From the NCBI RefSeq assembly GCF_963422545.2, contig NZ_CAXVYT010000026.1, positions 11,844 to 75,843 of the forward strand: DNA of 64,000 nt, written 5' to 3'. The notes below the pieces were generated by a model. It saw only the letters and a program-made list of their open reading frames with translations, had not been told where the DNA came from and ran no database searches. Shown here one piece after another: positions 32,528 through 43,087 of the stretch (position 1 is the first letter of the stretch; each line of letters starts with the position of its first letter). The position numbers and the translations under genes are program-made. The DNA is from an uncultured Flavobacterium sp. GTDB taxonomy: Bacteria; Bacteroidota; Bacteroidia; Flavobacteriales; Flavobacteriaceae.

Positions 32528-34753
32528 TTAAAGTAATTCAAAATTTGATCTTAATTTAATATCTGCTGACGAAGCTCCGATCATTACTTCGAAATCTCCC
32601 GGCTCCGCTGTCCATTCTAATTTATTATTGTAGAAAGAAAGTTTCTCTTTCTCAATTGTAAATTCTATAGTTTTAGATTCTCCTGCATTTAATTTTACTT
32701 TTTGAAAATCTCTTAATTCTAAAACCGGTCTTACTACAGATCCAAATTTATCTTTCAAATACAATTGCACTACTTCTTCTCCTGCAACTTTTCCAGCGTT
32801 TGATAATTGAAACGAAACTTTAATTGTTTCATTGCTTTTTATTTTAGTCGAAGACAATTTCAAATCAGAATAATTGAATTGTGTATAACTTAATCCATAC
32901 CCAAAAGGAAATTTAGGTGAGTTTTTTAAATCAATATAAGCTGAAACATAATTGGTTTGATTTTCATCTTTTGCTGGTCTTCCTGTACTGAAATGGTTGT
33001 AATAAATAGGCACTTGCCCTACTTCTCTCGGGAATGTCATTGGCAATTTTCCTGACGGATTGTAATCTCCAAATAAAACATTTGCTATTGCATTTCCTGC
33101 CTCAGTTCCTAACCACCAAGTGTAAACAATTGCCGGAACATTATCTGCTGTCCAGTTAAAAATTAATGGTCTTCCTGCATTTACCAGCACTACAACCGGT
33201 TTTCCTGTTGCCTGAATTGCTTTTACTAAATCTTCCTGAACGCCCGGTAAATGAAGATCGCTTCGGCTTTTTGCCTCACCGCTCATATCGCGTCTTTCGC
33301 CAATACTCAAAATAACAACGTCTGCTTGTTGAGCTGTTGCAACTGCTTCAGCAAATCCGTCTTTGTTATCTCCGTCAACTTCACAACCTTTTGCATAAAG
33401 CAATTTGGTGTTTTTGCCTACTTTATTTTGTAAACCGTCCCATTGTGAAACTACCCATTTATCATAATTTACATCCGGTAATTCTACTGACCAAAATCCC
33501 ATATTGGCTTTGTATTCTTTTACCATTGGACCAATAAATGCAATTGTTTTTACACTTTTAGAGATTGGTAATGTTTGGTTGTCATTCTTTAATAAAACAA
33601 TACTTTTTTGAGCCACTTCAAGTGCTGCTTTTCTATTCTCAGGATTACTTAAAGCTTTTTCAGCCCTTTTTTCATCTGAATATCTGTACGGATCGTCAAA
33701 TAAACCCAGTTCGAATTTCTTGCGAAGAATACGTTTTACAGCATCATCAATTAAGTCGATAGAAACTTTGCCTTCTTTTACTAATTCGGCTAAATTATAA
33801 CGGTAAGCATTACTTTCCATATCCATATCACTTCCGGCTGTAATTGCAGAAAGTGCGGCAGCTTTAAGGTCTTTTGAATATCCGTGTGCTACCATTTCTC
33901 CAATAGAACCCCAATCAGAAACTACAAATCCCTGAAAGTTCCATTTTCCTTTTAAAATATCACGTTGCAAGTGCACATTTGCTGTTGCAGGAATTCCGTT
34001 TAAATCATTAAATGAATTCATAAAAGTTGCAGCACCAGCATCAAGAGCTGCTTTAAAAGGCGGCAAATAGGTTTCAAGCAACATACGCTCGCTCATGTCT
34101 ACTGAGTTGTAATCTCTTCCTCCCACTCCTGCGCCATAAGCTGCAAAGTGTTTTACGCACGCCATAACAGAGTTTAAATCGCCTAATTTATTTCCCTGAA
34201 AACCTTTTACTCTAGCATAAGCAATTTTAGAACCTAAGTAAGTATCTTCTCCCGCTCCTTCCATTACTCTTCCCCAACGTGGATCGCGGCCAATATCAAC
34301 CATCGGTGCAAATGTCCAGTGGATTCCGCTTGCAGACGCTTCTGTAGCCGCAACTCTCGCTGCTAATTCAATCGCTTGTAAATCCCAGCTTGCTGCTTCG
34401 GCTAACGGAATTGGGAAGGTTGTTTTATAGCCATGAATTACATCCTGACCAAATAACAACGGAATTTTTAAGCGTGATTGCATTGCTAATTCCTGATATT
34501 GTCTGGTGTATTTTGTTCCGATAATATTAAGCATCGAACCTACTAAACCTGCTTTTATTTCGGCTTGTTTGTTTGGGTTTATGGTGATTGGCCCTGTTGC
34601 AGAATTATCGCCTGTGTATTGAGTAAGCTGACCTATTTTTTCTTCAATAGTCATTTTTTTCAATAAAGCATTTACTTTCTGATCGATTGTTTCTTGTTGA
34701 GCGACCGCAAAAAAGGACACCATCAACAAGGTAAATGTGGTTAATTTTTTCAT
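32528..34753 (-). CDS. GH3 beta-glucosidase (BglX-like), secreted
   Basis: It has the nucleophile region 'GFVVSDWGSIGE' and a three-domain length. I place the start at the second Met (MKKLTTFTLL...AQQ), which removes the overlap with the upstream gene. Confidence 0.9.
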   Translation of the reverse strand: MKKLTTFTLLMVSFFAVAQQETIDQKVNALLKKMTIEEKIGQLTQYTGDNSATGPITINPNKQAEIKAGLVGSMLNIIGTKYTRQYQELAMQSRLKIPLLFGQDVIHGYKTTFPIPLAEAASWDLQAIELAARVAATEASASGIHWTFAPMVDIGRDPRWGRVMEGAGEDTYLGSKIAYARVKGFQGNKLGDLNSVMACVKHFAAYGAGVGGRDYNSVDMSERMLLETYLPPFKAALDAGAATFMNSFNDLNGIPATANVHLQRDILKGKWNFQGFVVSDWGSIGEMVAHGYSKDLKAAALSAITAGSDMDMESNAYRYNLAELVKEGKVSIDLIDDAVKRILRKKFELGLFDDPYRYSDEKRAEKALSNPENRKAALEVAQKSIVLLKNDNQTLPISKSVKTIAFIGPMVKEYKANMGFWSVELPDVNYDKWVVSQWDGLQNKVGKNTKLLYAKGCEVDGDNKDGFAEAVATAQQADVVILSIGERRDMSGEAKSRSDLHLPGVQEDLVKAIQATGKPVVVLVNAGRPLIFNWTADNVPAIVYTWWLGTEAGNAIANVLFGDYNPSGKLPMTFPREVGQVPIYYNHFSTGRPAKDENQTNYVSAYIDLKNSPKFPFGYGLSYTQFNYSDLKLSSTKIKSNETIKVSFQLSNAGKVAGEEVVQLYLKDKFGSVVRPVLELRDFQKVKLNAGESKTIEFTIEKEKLSFYNNKLEWTAEPGDFEVMIGASSADIKLRSNFELL

Positions 34754-34767
34754 GAATTTAATTTTAG

Positions 34768-36192
34768 TTACCAAACGTAAGTTGCAACTGCTCCAGCATT
34801 TAGAGTAGTTGAAATTTGTTTTTGATTGTATTTGATGTTGAATGATTCGGCTGAGGTTCCGTCATTTTCTACAATTAGAACAATTTGTCCTGAAGGAGTT
34901 TTAAACGCAACATTGTATAAATTACTACTAATATTACTCCCGATTCTAACTGATCCTTCGGGAACAAATTTTGAAGCGTGACCAATGATGTAATAACCTA
35001 CTTCTCTTTTGATATTCTGAGCCTGATCAATCATTAATGCGCCTTTACAAGTAGAACATCCACCTGGCGTAAACGGTTTGTAGTATTCATCATTTGCCAA
35101 TCCCCAGGAAAGTGCATTTACACTCCAGTTGCGCATCGAACCAATTACGACATTTTTTACGCTCCATTTTAAATCAGATTCAAAACTGCTTCCTGATCCT
35201 GTGTATTGTTCTGTAAAATACAAATCTTTGTTTGGGTATGCATTATGAACCGTAGACAAAGCGCTGATATCTCCTTCGTATAAATGAAACGCTGAACCTG
35301 CTACAAATGGCAACGCTTTTGGATCATTTAATATCGTTAAAGGATATTCGGGTTTGTTACAATTGTGATCGTAAACTACGATTTTGGTTTTTATTTTTGC
35401 TTTCGCAAAAGCGGGACCTAAATTGGTTTTAATAAAATCGGCCTGTTGCAAAGCTGTCATATACATACTCGGATTATTTCCGGGATGTAAGGGTTCATTT
35501 TGGGGTGTTATAGCGTCAATTACAATTCCCTGAGCTTTCATTGCCTGAATGTATTTTACAAAATACTCAGCATAAACCTGATAATATTGTGGTTGTAAAC
35601 TTCCGCCTTTTGAGCTTCCGTTGTCTTTCATCCAAACTGGAGGTGACCAAGGAGAACCCATAATTTTTATTTTTGGATTTATTGCTAAAATCTCTTTTAA
35701 CAAAGGCACAACGTCATTCAAATCGGGACCAAGATTAAAGTGTTCCAATTTTAAATCAGTTTGCCCTTCCGGCATATCATCATACGAAAAAACTTTTTCA
35801 TTCAAATCAGAAGCACCGATACTAATTCGCAAATAACTCAAACCAATTGCATCATTTTTTCTGGAAAACAATTCCTGAAGCAATGCTTCTTTCTTTGCTT
35901 TATCCAGTTTCATAATTGCCTGAGCACTTCCTCCCGTTAAGGAAAACCCAAAACCTTCAATAGTTTGAAATTTTTGAGAAGCGTCTACTAAAATAGTTTG
36001 ATTAGAATTCATTTCTGAATTAAAAATCAAATCATTTTGCCTTTGCAATTTTGATGATTCATCGGTTGTCGTAATCCAGGATTCTGCTTTACCGGAAGTG
36101 GCAACTGTTTTTTTTGAAGTTCCGCATTTTATTTGAACTGCAATAAGTGGCAGTAAAAGTAAAATTTGAAGTTTTTTGTTGATGTTTTTCAT
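34768..36192 (-). CDS. GH30 glycoside hydrolase, endo-beta-1,6-glucanase-like (GH30_3-type)
   Basis: It carries 'LRISIGASDL', 'SPWSPPVWMK', 'ITPQNEPL' and 'YFTEQ'. It is a paralogue of 40035-41507. Confidence 0.82.
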   Translation of the reverse strand: MKNINKKLQILLLLPLIAVQIKCGTSKKTVATSGKAESWITTTDESSKLQRQNDLIFNSEMNSNQTILVDASQKFQTIEGFGFSLTGGSAQAIMKLDKAKKEALLQELFSRKNDAIGLSYLRISIGASDLNEKVFSYDDMPEGQTDLKLEHFNLGPDLNDVVPLLKEILAINPKIKIMGSPWSPPVWMKDNGSSKGGSLQPQYYQVYAEYFVKYIQAMKAQGIVIDAITPQNEPLHPGNNPSMYMTALQQADFIKTNLGPAFAKAKIKTKIVVYDHNCNKPEYPLTILNDPKALPFVAGSAFHLYEGDISALSTVHNAYPNKDLYFTEQYTGSGSSFESDLKWSVKNVVIGSMRNWSVNALSWGLANDEYYKPFTPGGCSTCKGALMIDQAQNIKREVGYYIIGHASKFVPEGSVRIGSNISSNLYNVAFKTPSGQIVLIVENDGTSAESFNIKYNQKQISTTLNAGAVATYVW

Positions 36193-36193
36193 T

Positions 36194-37033
36194 TTAATCT
36201 ATTTCTATTAAAACAGGTAAATGATCTGAAGGATATCTTAAATCCTTGGAATCACTTAGTACTGCGTGTTTTTTAATTTTTAATCCGCTATTTTTAGAAA
36301 TAAAAATATAATCTATTAATAACGTTACTGGCTTATTGTGCTCAAAATCATTGAATGTTCCTGATGGTCCAAAAGGTTTTTCGATTGAAACATCTCTGGT
36401 GTCATCCATTACTTTTCTAACTTCTGCAATTTGTTTTGTGTCTGGTTCTGAGTTAAAATCTCCCATCAAAAAGGCTGGATACTTTTTAGTATTTAAAGCT
36501 GCCATTCTCGAAAGAATCAGTTGTACGCCTTTAACTCTTGCTTCGTTACCAATATGGTCGAGATGCACATTAAAAACCCAAAACGATTTTTTAGTTTTTA
36601 AATCCTTAAAAAGAGCATACGTACAAACTCTGTTACAAGCGGCATCCCAACCTTTTGAAACTACATCTGGTGTTTCTGACAGCCAAAATGTATTCATTTC
36701 CTGTACCTGAAAATGATCTTTTTTGTAATAAATCGTACAAGCTTCACCTGTTCCTCCTTCTTCTCTGCCAATTCCATACTTGTTGTAATTAGGCAAAGCC
36801 GAAGCTATATAAGTAACTTGACTTGGTGTTGCTTCCTGAACTCCAAAAATATCCGGACTATAAAATTGTATTTGAGAAGTAAAATACTCTTTTCGGTTTG
36901 ACCATGCATTTTCTCCGTCAGATGCAACATCCAGACGAATATTATAGGTCATCATTTTTAAGTTTTGACCATAAAACGAACTGCTAACCAAAAGCAGCAT
37001 TACTACTAAAACAATTGTATTTATCTTTTTCAT
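36194..37033 (-). CDS. secreted endonuclease/exonuclease/phosphatase (EEP) family protein
   Basis: It has a signal peptide plus 'MTYNIR', 'FGVQE', 'GDFNSEP' and 'SDHLPV'. Confidence 0.82.
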   Translation of the reverse strand: MKKINTIVLVVMLLLVSSSFYGQNLKMMTYNIRLDVASDGENAWSNRKEYFTSQIQFYSPDIFGVQEATPSQVTYIASALPNYNKYGIGREEGGTGEACTIYYKKDHFQVQEMNTFWLSETPDVVSKGWDAACNRVCTYALFKDLKTKKSFWVFNVHLDHIGNEARVKGVQLILSRMAALNTKKYPAFLMGDFNSEPDTKQIAEVRKVMDDTRDVSIEKPFGPSGTFNDFEHNKPVTLLIDYIFISKNSGLKIKKHAVLSDSKDLRYPSDHLPVLIEID

Positions 37034-37105
37034 GTTAAAAAATTTTATTCTGGTAAAGCTAGTGTTTCAAAGCCTCTACTGAAAAAAATCAATTTAAAAC
37101 TTATG

Positions 37106-38185
37106 TTAATTATACACTCTTACGTAATCAATTTCAAATGTTGTATTGGTGAAAGCCGGATCTACTGTTCCTCCAAAATTTCCTCCCATAGCCAAATTCA
37201 AAATCAGAAAAAAGTTTTGGTTAAATGGCATCGAACTACTGTTTGTAAATGTGTAAAACAATTTATCATCTACATAAAATTTAATACTTTCGGCAGTCCA
37301 ATCGGCTGCATAAACGTGAAATTCAGTTGTCGAATTTGATACTGTTATAGTGGCTGTATCCGGTGTATTTCCTGAACGTCCAGGTGAATGCAATGACGAA
37401 TGATTTACATTTGGATTATTCCCTACCGATTCCAAGATATCAACTTCGCCACATAATGGCCAACCTGCCGTGTCAATATTGTCACCCAACATCCAGAATG
37501 CTGGCCAGGTTCCACCACCTGCCGGTAACTTTGCCCTAACTTCTGCTCTTCCGTATTTAAACGAGAATTTCCCTTTTGTAAGCATTCTTGCAGAGGTGTA
37601 ATGGCTTCCCATATATTCTTCTTTTATAGCTTTAATTTTCAGAGTTCCATTTGAAACAATTACATTTTCGGGGCGAGTTGTGTAATATTCCAGTTCGTTA
37701 TTTCCCCAACCGTCACCGGTTCCTGTGTTGTATCCCCATTTTGATGTATTTGGAGCTCCATCGACATCAAACTCGTCTGACCAAAGTAATTTTCTGGCTA
37801 CATTAACATTTACTGATGTTGTACTGCTTACAAATTGCCCGATCGCATTATAGGCAGAAACAATTATGGAATATGATTTTGTGCCTGATGTTGTAAATAT
37901 GTATGTTAAATCACCTGTGGTAAGATCTTTTAACTGGCCATCGATAGCAACTTTATATGATGTCGCATTTGATGCATTTATCGTTAAATGTATTTTTCCG
38001 CTTCCGTCTCCATCAGGTTTATCGGCTGTTTTACCAATTATTTCAACCTGAACCGAAAGATTTGACGGAGCTGGATTCACAGGAGTTCCGTCGCCGGAAT
38101 CACTGCCACTGCTGCAAGACTGAAAACCAAATAATATGGCAAATGTTAAAACACCAATCTTGCTTATGAGATTATTTATTTTCAT
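37106..38185 (-). CDS. GH16 beta-1,3(4)-glucanase (laminarinase-type) lipoprotein with N-terminal Ig/PKD-like domain
   Basis: It has the lipobox 'GFQSC' and the catalytic ExDxxE motif in 'CGEVDILES', plus 'WPAFWMLG'. Confidence 0.88.
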   Translation of the reverse strand: MKINNLISKIGVLTFAILFGFQSCSSGSDSGDGTPVNPAPSNLSVQVEIIGKTADKPDGDGSGKIHLTINASNATSYKVAIDGQLKDLTTGDLTYIFTTSGTKSYSIIVSAYNAIGQFVSSTTSVNVNVARKLLWSDEFDVDGAPNTSKWGYNTGTGDGWGNNELEYYTTRPENVIVSNGTLKIKAIKEEYMGSHYTSARMLTKGKFSFKYGRAEVRAKLPAGGGTWPAFWMLGDNIDTAGWPLCGEVDILESVGNNPNVNHSSLHSPGRSGNTPDTATITVSNSTTEFHVYAADWTAESIKFYVDDKLFYTFTNSSSMPFNQNFFLILNLAMGGNFGGTVDPAFTNTTFEIDYVRVYN

Positions 38186-38238
38186 TATTATTTATTTTGA
38201 TTTGTTATTAACTAAATCTTCTAAATATAATTTCTCAA

Positions 38239-39996
38239 TTATTGTTTAGAGTTCCCTTTTTTACCTTCTGAAAAATCCAAATAATTCAAATTAAATCCTC
38301 CTTTTTCGAAAACTACTTTGATTTTATTTGTTCCTGTATTTAATTCTATTCCGGATAAAACAACGGTTTTAAATTTGTCATTTCCCCCAGTTACCGGAAG
38401 TGTAATTGTTTCTGATTTTTTCCTGTTTTCTGTTTCTAAATGAAGTTTTCCTTCTAAGTTTTCACTTGAATAACGAATTGCAACTTTGTATGCTTTTTGT
38501 TTTGCAACCTGAGTTGTGAACTGAAGCCATTCGCCATCTTCAATAAACGAAACCTGATAACCGTTTGATCCTGCATCTTTGCATGGTAAAATATCGACAC
38601 CATCATTTCTCATGGTATTTCCTTTATTCCATTGATCAAAATTGCCTGTTTCTACTCTGTAGTTTATAAAATCTTTGTCTGAATAGGCATATTCATTGGT
38701 GCCTAAATCATATTGCGTTGCGGCAATTTTCCCCGGAATCAAATGTTTTTTATACGGTTTTGTATCGTTGGTTTGTACTTGTCTGAACATTGCATCGATT
38801 ACATCTGGCTTTACGGTTACGTTTTCCATTTTGTAATTATCCGCCATTTTCATTAATGCTTTTTTAGCAAAATCTGCACTTGGTTTTTGACCTCCATCTT
38901 TCCAGTATTTCAATAAAACATCATATTCCGGAATTTTAGTTACTGAAGTTACTCCTGCAATATTTTCGATTTTTTTCATTGGCCAAAATGCCCATCCAAT
39001 ATTATTGCTTTCTACTAAAGTCAACGCATCTTTAAACCAAACATTTGAGTTTTCCCCGCTTTCTCCCAACCAGATCGGAACATTATATTGTGTTCTGTAA
39101 TCCAGCATTTTTTGGATCGAAGCTGTAGTGTTGTAGTTCCAGTATTTATGAAAACTCAACGCCATATTTTCATCCCATAAAGGAAAAATTCCGTTGTAAT
39201 TATTTCCCCAGCAATTTCCTTCAATAAAAATTAAATGGTTTGTATCAACTTCACGAATGGCTTTTGTTACCTGAACCATTAAATCTCTCAAAGGTCCGTT
39301 TGAGTTTTCGTCGCAGCCATTTTTATTTGTTCCTGTAAAATTCCAGTTAGGTTCATTAATAATGTCGTAAGCTCCAATCCAGGGATTGTCTCTGTAACGA
39401 GAAGCCAGTTTTTTCCATAAAGCAATCATTTTTTTCTGATTGGCTTCGCTTTGCCATAAAGATGGTTTTGTAGTATCGTAGTCAGAAATTGCAGCGTCAT
39501 TTCCTTGTCCTCCCGGAGTTGCATGCAAATCTAAAATAAGATAGATTTTATTTTCGGCACACCATTTTAGCAAATTGTCAGTCATGGCAAAACCTTCTTC
39601 TATCCAGGTGATTTCGCCATTTTTCTCTTGTTCAATTGGTGGCGTGTATAAGTTATAATGCATTGGCAAACGAATTGAATTGAATCCCCAGGCTGCCAAT
39701 GAATCGATATCACGTTTTGTGATTCCGTTTGCTTTATAAGCTGCATAAAATTCTTTTGTGCCTTGTTCTCCAACAACGTCCTGAATTTTTTGTTTGATTA
39801 TATATTGCGGACTTGCAAAAGGCTGAGTTTGCATCATGTAACCTTCCTGCACCATCCATCCTCCTAATCCTAAACCTCTTAATATTATATTTTTTCCGTT
39901 TCCGTCAACAATCTTTTGTCCGTCTCTATGCAAAAAACCTTGTCCGAAAGTTGCAACCGAAACCAGTAATTGTAGTGTTATTATAATTTTTTTCAT
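38239..39996 (-). CDS. GH5 glycoside hydrolase with C-terminal CBM6-like module
   Basis: The acid/base is in 'YDIINEPN' and the nucleophile in 'IWLGESGE'. The C-terminal about 140 aa ('IPGKIAATQYD...GEWLQF...IRYSS') are CBM6-like. Confidence 0.82.
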   Translation of the reverse strand: MKKIIITLQLLVSVATFGQGFLHRDGQKIVDGNGKNIILRGLGLGGWMVQEGYMMQTQPFASPQYIIKQKIQDVVGEQGTKEFYAAYKANGITKRDIDSLAAWGFNSIRLPMHYNLYTPPIEQEKNGEITWIEEGFAMTDNLLKWCAENKIYLILDLHATPGGQGNDAAISDYDTTKPSLWQSEANQKKMIALWKKLASRYRDNPWIGAYDIINEPNWNFTGTNKNGCDENSNGPLRDLMVQVTKAIREVDTNHLIFIEGNCWGNNYNGIFPLWDENMALSFHKYWNYNTTASIQKMLDYRTQYNVPIWLGESGENSNVWFKDALTLVESNNIGWAFWPMKKIENIAGVTSVTKIPEYDVLLKYWKDGGQKPSADFAKKALMKMADNYKMENVTVKPDVIDAMFRQVQTNDTKPYKKHLIPGKIAATQYDLGTNEYAYSDKDFINYRVETGNFDQWNKGNTMRNDGVDILPCKDAGSNGYQVSFIEDGEWLQFTTQVAKQKAYKVAIRYSSENLEGKLHLETENRKKSETITLPVTGGNDKFKTVVLSGIELNTGTNKIKVVFEKGGFNLNYLDFSEGKKGNSKQ

Positions 39997-40034
39997 CTAA
40001 AAACTCAATTAATTTTTGATTATAAATTGCTAGA

Positions 40035-41507
40035 TTATTTCCAAGAATAAGTTCCTACAGCTCCTCCATTTAAAGAAGTTGTAACCCATTTACCGTCAAA
40101 TTTGATGTTAAAAGTTTCTGTTCCCGACCCGTCATTTTCAACAATTAAAACTTTTAGTCCGGTTGGTGTAATAAATGCAACATTTTGAAGGTTTCCGCCT
40201 GAATTACTCTCAATTCTTATAGAACCTGCCGGAACAAATTTTGAAGCATGAGCAATAATATAATACCCTACATTACGCTGAAAATTTTCGCTTGAAGTAA
40301 CGGTCAAAGCACCTTTACATTCTGTGCAACCACCATTTGTATGAGGTCCGAAATTACCATTGTTAGCTAAATTCCACTCTAATGCATTTTTACTCCAGTT
40401 GCGCATTGAGCCAATAACAATATTTCTAAGATGCCATTTTAAATCTCCGTCAAAACTACCTGTAGAAGAAGTCCACTGTTCTGTAAAATAAATATTTTTG
40501 GCAGGATAAGCACTGTAAACATTAGAAAGTGCACTAATATCTCCCGCGTATAAGTGAAAAGCTGATCCGTCTACAAAAGGATAGGCGGCTGCATCTGCCA
40601 AAATTGATTTTGGATAATTTGGCACATCACAATTATGATCGTAAGTAATGATTTTTGTCGTTAGATTTGCCGCTTTGAATGCAGGGCCTAAATTATTCTT
40701 TATGAAATTTGCCTGTTCCAGAGCAGACATCTCCATACTTGGAGTGTTATAGGGATTTAACGGTTCATTTTGAGGCGTTATAGCGTCAATCGTAATCCCT
40801 TCGGCTTTCATTTGCTGAATATATTTTACAAAGTATTTTGCATAAACATCATAATATTTAGTATCTAATCTCCCACCTTTAAAACTGTTTTCGGTTTTCA
40901 TCCAAAGTGGCGCAGACCACGGAGTTGCAACAATTAAAATCTTAGGATTGATTGCTAAAATTTCTTTCAGGAGTGCAATTACTCCGGTTTTGTCTTTATC
41001 TAAACTAAATTTGACAAGATCAAAATCTGTTTCTCCAGTTGCAAGATCATTATAAGTAAAAGTATCTGCATGTAAATCTGATGCTCCAATACTGATTCTA
41101 AGATAACTTATCCCGATTGAAGTTTCTGATGATCCAAACAATTCCTGTAAAAGAGCTGCCTTTTTTGTTGCAGTTAATTGATTGATAACGTCTGCGCTTC
41201 CGCCTGTTAAAGTATATCCGAAACCGTCTACTGTTTGGTATTTTTGAGCGGCATTTACTTCGATATTCTGGAATGCATTTACGGTAGTACCAAAACCTAA
41301 AACATCGGTTTGTTTTGCCAATAATGCTGTTTGATCTCCTTTTGTAAGCCAAAAATCAACGTCATTTTTTACTACAACTGGCGGTATTACAGGAGGCGTT
41401 ACCGGAGGATTTTCGACTGCATCATTTGATGAGGAACATTTTATCTGGGCAAATATCGCTACAGCAAAAAATAATATTTTTATAGCGTTTTTAAAATTTG
41501 GTTTCAT
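40035..41507 (-). CDS. GH30 glycoside hydrolase, endo-beta-1,6-glucanase-like (GH30_3-type)
   Basis: It carries 'LRISIGASDL', 'TPWSAPLWMK', 'ITPQNEPL' and 'YFTEQW'. Confidence 0.82.
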   Translation of the reverse strand: MKPNFKNAIKILFFAVAIFAQIKCSSSNDAVENPPVTPPVIPPVVVKNDVDFWLTKGDQTALLAKQTDVLGFGTTVNAFQNIEVNAAQKYQTVDGFGYTLTGGSADVINQLTATKKAALLQELFGSSETSIGISYLRISIGASDLHADTFTYNDLATGETDFDLVKFSLDKDKTGVIALLKEILAINPKILIVATPWSAPLWMKTENSFKGGRLDTKYYDVYAKYFVKYIQQMKAEGITIDAITPQNEPLNPYNTPSMEMSALEQANFIKNNLGPAFKAANLTTKIITYDHNCDVPNYPKSILADAAAYPFVDGSAFHLYAGDISALSNVYSAYPAKNIYFTEQWTSSTGSFDGDLKWHLRNIVIGSMRNWSKNALEWNLANNGNFGPHTNGGCTECKGALTVTSSENFQRNVGYYIIAHASKFVPAGSIRIESNSGGNLQNVAFITPTGLKVLIVENDGSGTETFNIKFDGKWVTTSLNGGAVGTYSWK

Positions 41508-41536
41508 TTTTATAGTTTTTTAGTTAATAGCACAAA

Positions 41537-42994
41537 CTAATATATAATGGTTTGTATAGCGTGTGCAGGAATAGTTATAGTGGTTTTTAAAGTGTTGCTG
41601 GTTAAGTTGTATACAACATCTTTATTTGATTGATTCATAACAATTGTAGCAATTTTTCCATCTGTGTTTTTAAATGATGTACTTAATAACCTTTTGTCGC
41701 TTATCGTATCGTTTATTCTTTTAGCATTTGGTCGAATAAACTTTGAGAAATGACCAATATAATAATACATTGGTGTAAAGATTAGTTCATCTTTTGTAGT
41801 ATCGGCGTGAATTGGCGCAAAGCAAAAATTGCCTACATGGTTTGGCCCTCCGTTTTGATCCAGAAGAATATTCCAATCTGTCCAACCCACAGTTCCGTTA
41901 TTGAAATCGTTGATCATATTGATTCCGTATCGCTCTGCATTTCCCCAAAACTGAAATCTTGAGGCATCGAATTTTTCGATACAACCTTCTGTAAAAAGTA
42001 AATTTTTATTTGGAAATTTGGCATGAACATTTCCTACTGATTCAAATTTAGGAGTTCTGCCTTTCCAGGCTTCGTACCAGTGAAATCCAATTCCCCAGGC
42101 GTATTTTGAGACCTCTGAATCTGAGAAAACAAGTTTGGCTCTTTTTTCTAACATGTCTCCTCGATTGTGATCCCAAATGATAATATTTTTAGAACCAAGT
42201 CCTTCTTTTTCTAAAGTTGGTCCCAGAAAGTTTTTTAAAAAATCTTTTTCAGCTTCCGGAGTATAAATACAAGATTCCCAACTTTGTTTGGCCATTGGCT
42301 CGTTTTGAATGGTTAATCCCCAAATTGGGATGCCTTCTTTTTCGTATGCTTTTATAAACCTGGCATAATAATTTGCCCAGGATCGTGCAAATTCCGGCAA
42401 CAAAACGCCGCCGTGCAAAATATCATTATTGTCTTTCATGAAAGCTGGGGGACTCCAAGGACTGGCAAATAAGGTTAATTTTCCGCCGGCTGTTTCAATT
42501 GCTTTTTTTATTAATGGAATTCGATATTTTCTGTCGTGATCAATATTGAAGGTTTTTAGGTCTTTATCTCCTTCAGTAACATAAGTGTAACTCTCGCTGC
42601 TAAAATCGCAGCTATGTATGTTGGTTCTGGCTAATGTATAACCAATTCCTTTGTTTTTGTCATAATAGGCAGTCAGAAATTCTTGTTGTTTTTTAGGAGA
42701 TAATCTGGCAAAAACTTCAGCACTTGCATCTGTTATGGCACCACCAATTCCTAAGAAAGTCTGGTCTGTTTTTTCTGGATCTAAAATGATAGAAACTGTT
42801 GAATTTGTTGATTCCGAAATTAAATTATTCGATAATGATAATCTTAAATTTGTGTTTTCGGCTGTGGTATAAACTTCAACTTTTTTGTTTGATTGGGATG
42901 CGGAAATCCCTAAACCATCCACAACTTTTGATGAAGAACAACTTAATTGTAGAACTAGTATTGGTGCGATTAAAATTCTATTTATTACTTTCAT
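41537..42994 (-). CDS. GH30 glucosylceramidase-like hydrolase (GH30_1-type, probable exo-beta-1,6-glucosidase)
   Basis: It carries 'GIGGAITDASA', 'ASPWSPPAFMK', 'TIQNEP' and 'LFTEGC'. Confidence 0.82.
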   Translation of the reverse strand: MKVINRILIAPILVLQLSCSSSKVVDGLGISASQSNKKVEVYTTAENTNLRLSLSNNLISESTNSTVSIILDPEKTDQTFLGIGGAITDASAEVFARLSPKKQQEFLTAYYDKNKGIGYTLARTNIHSCDFSSESYTYVTEGDKDLKTFNIDHDRKYRIPLIKKAIETAGGKLTLFASPWSPPAFMKDNNDILHGGVLLPEFARSWANYYARFIKAYEKEGIPIWGLTIQNEPMAKQSWESCIYTPEAEKDFLKNFLGPTLEKEGLGSKNIIIWDHNRGDMLEKRAKLVFSDSEVSKYAWGIGFHWYEAWKGRTPKFESVGNVHAKFPNKNLLFTEGCIEKFDASRFQFWGNAERYGINMINDFNNGTVGWTDWNILLDQNGGPNHVGNFCFAPIHADTTKDELIFTPMYYYIGHFSKFIRPNAKRINDTISDKRLLSTSFKNTDGKIATIVMNQSNKDVVYNLTSNTLKTTITIPAHAIQTIIY

Positions 42995-43087
42995 TGTACT
43001 TTCAAAAAGAGGGATTTAATTTAGACAATAGTAAATTGAGGGCCAAAATGGATGATTCAAATCAGCCCTCTAATCTACTATAAATTA

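Noticed and set aside
36336-36901. 124-aa and 62-aa plus-strand ORFs.
   Set aside because: They are antisense to the EEP gene, which has the catalytic motifs, so they are shadow ORFs.
41098-41352. An 84-aa Arg/Lys-rich ORF on the same strand as, but out of frame with, the GH30_3-like gene.
   Set aside because: It is embedded in a well-supported CDS. Its composition is an artefact of an alternative frame in AT-rich coding DNA.
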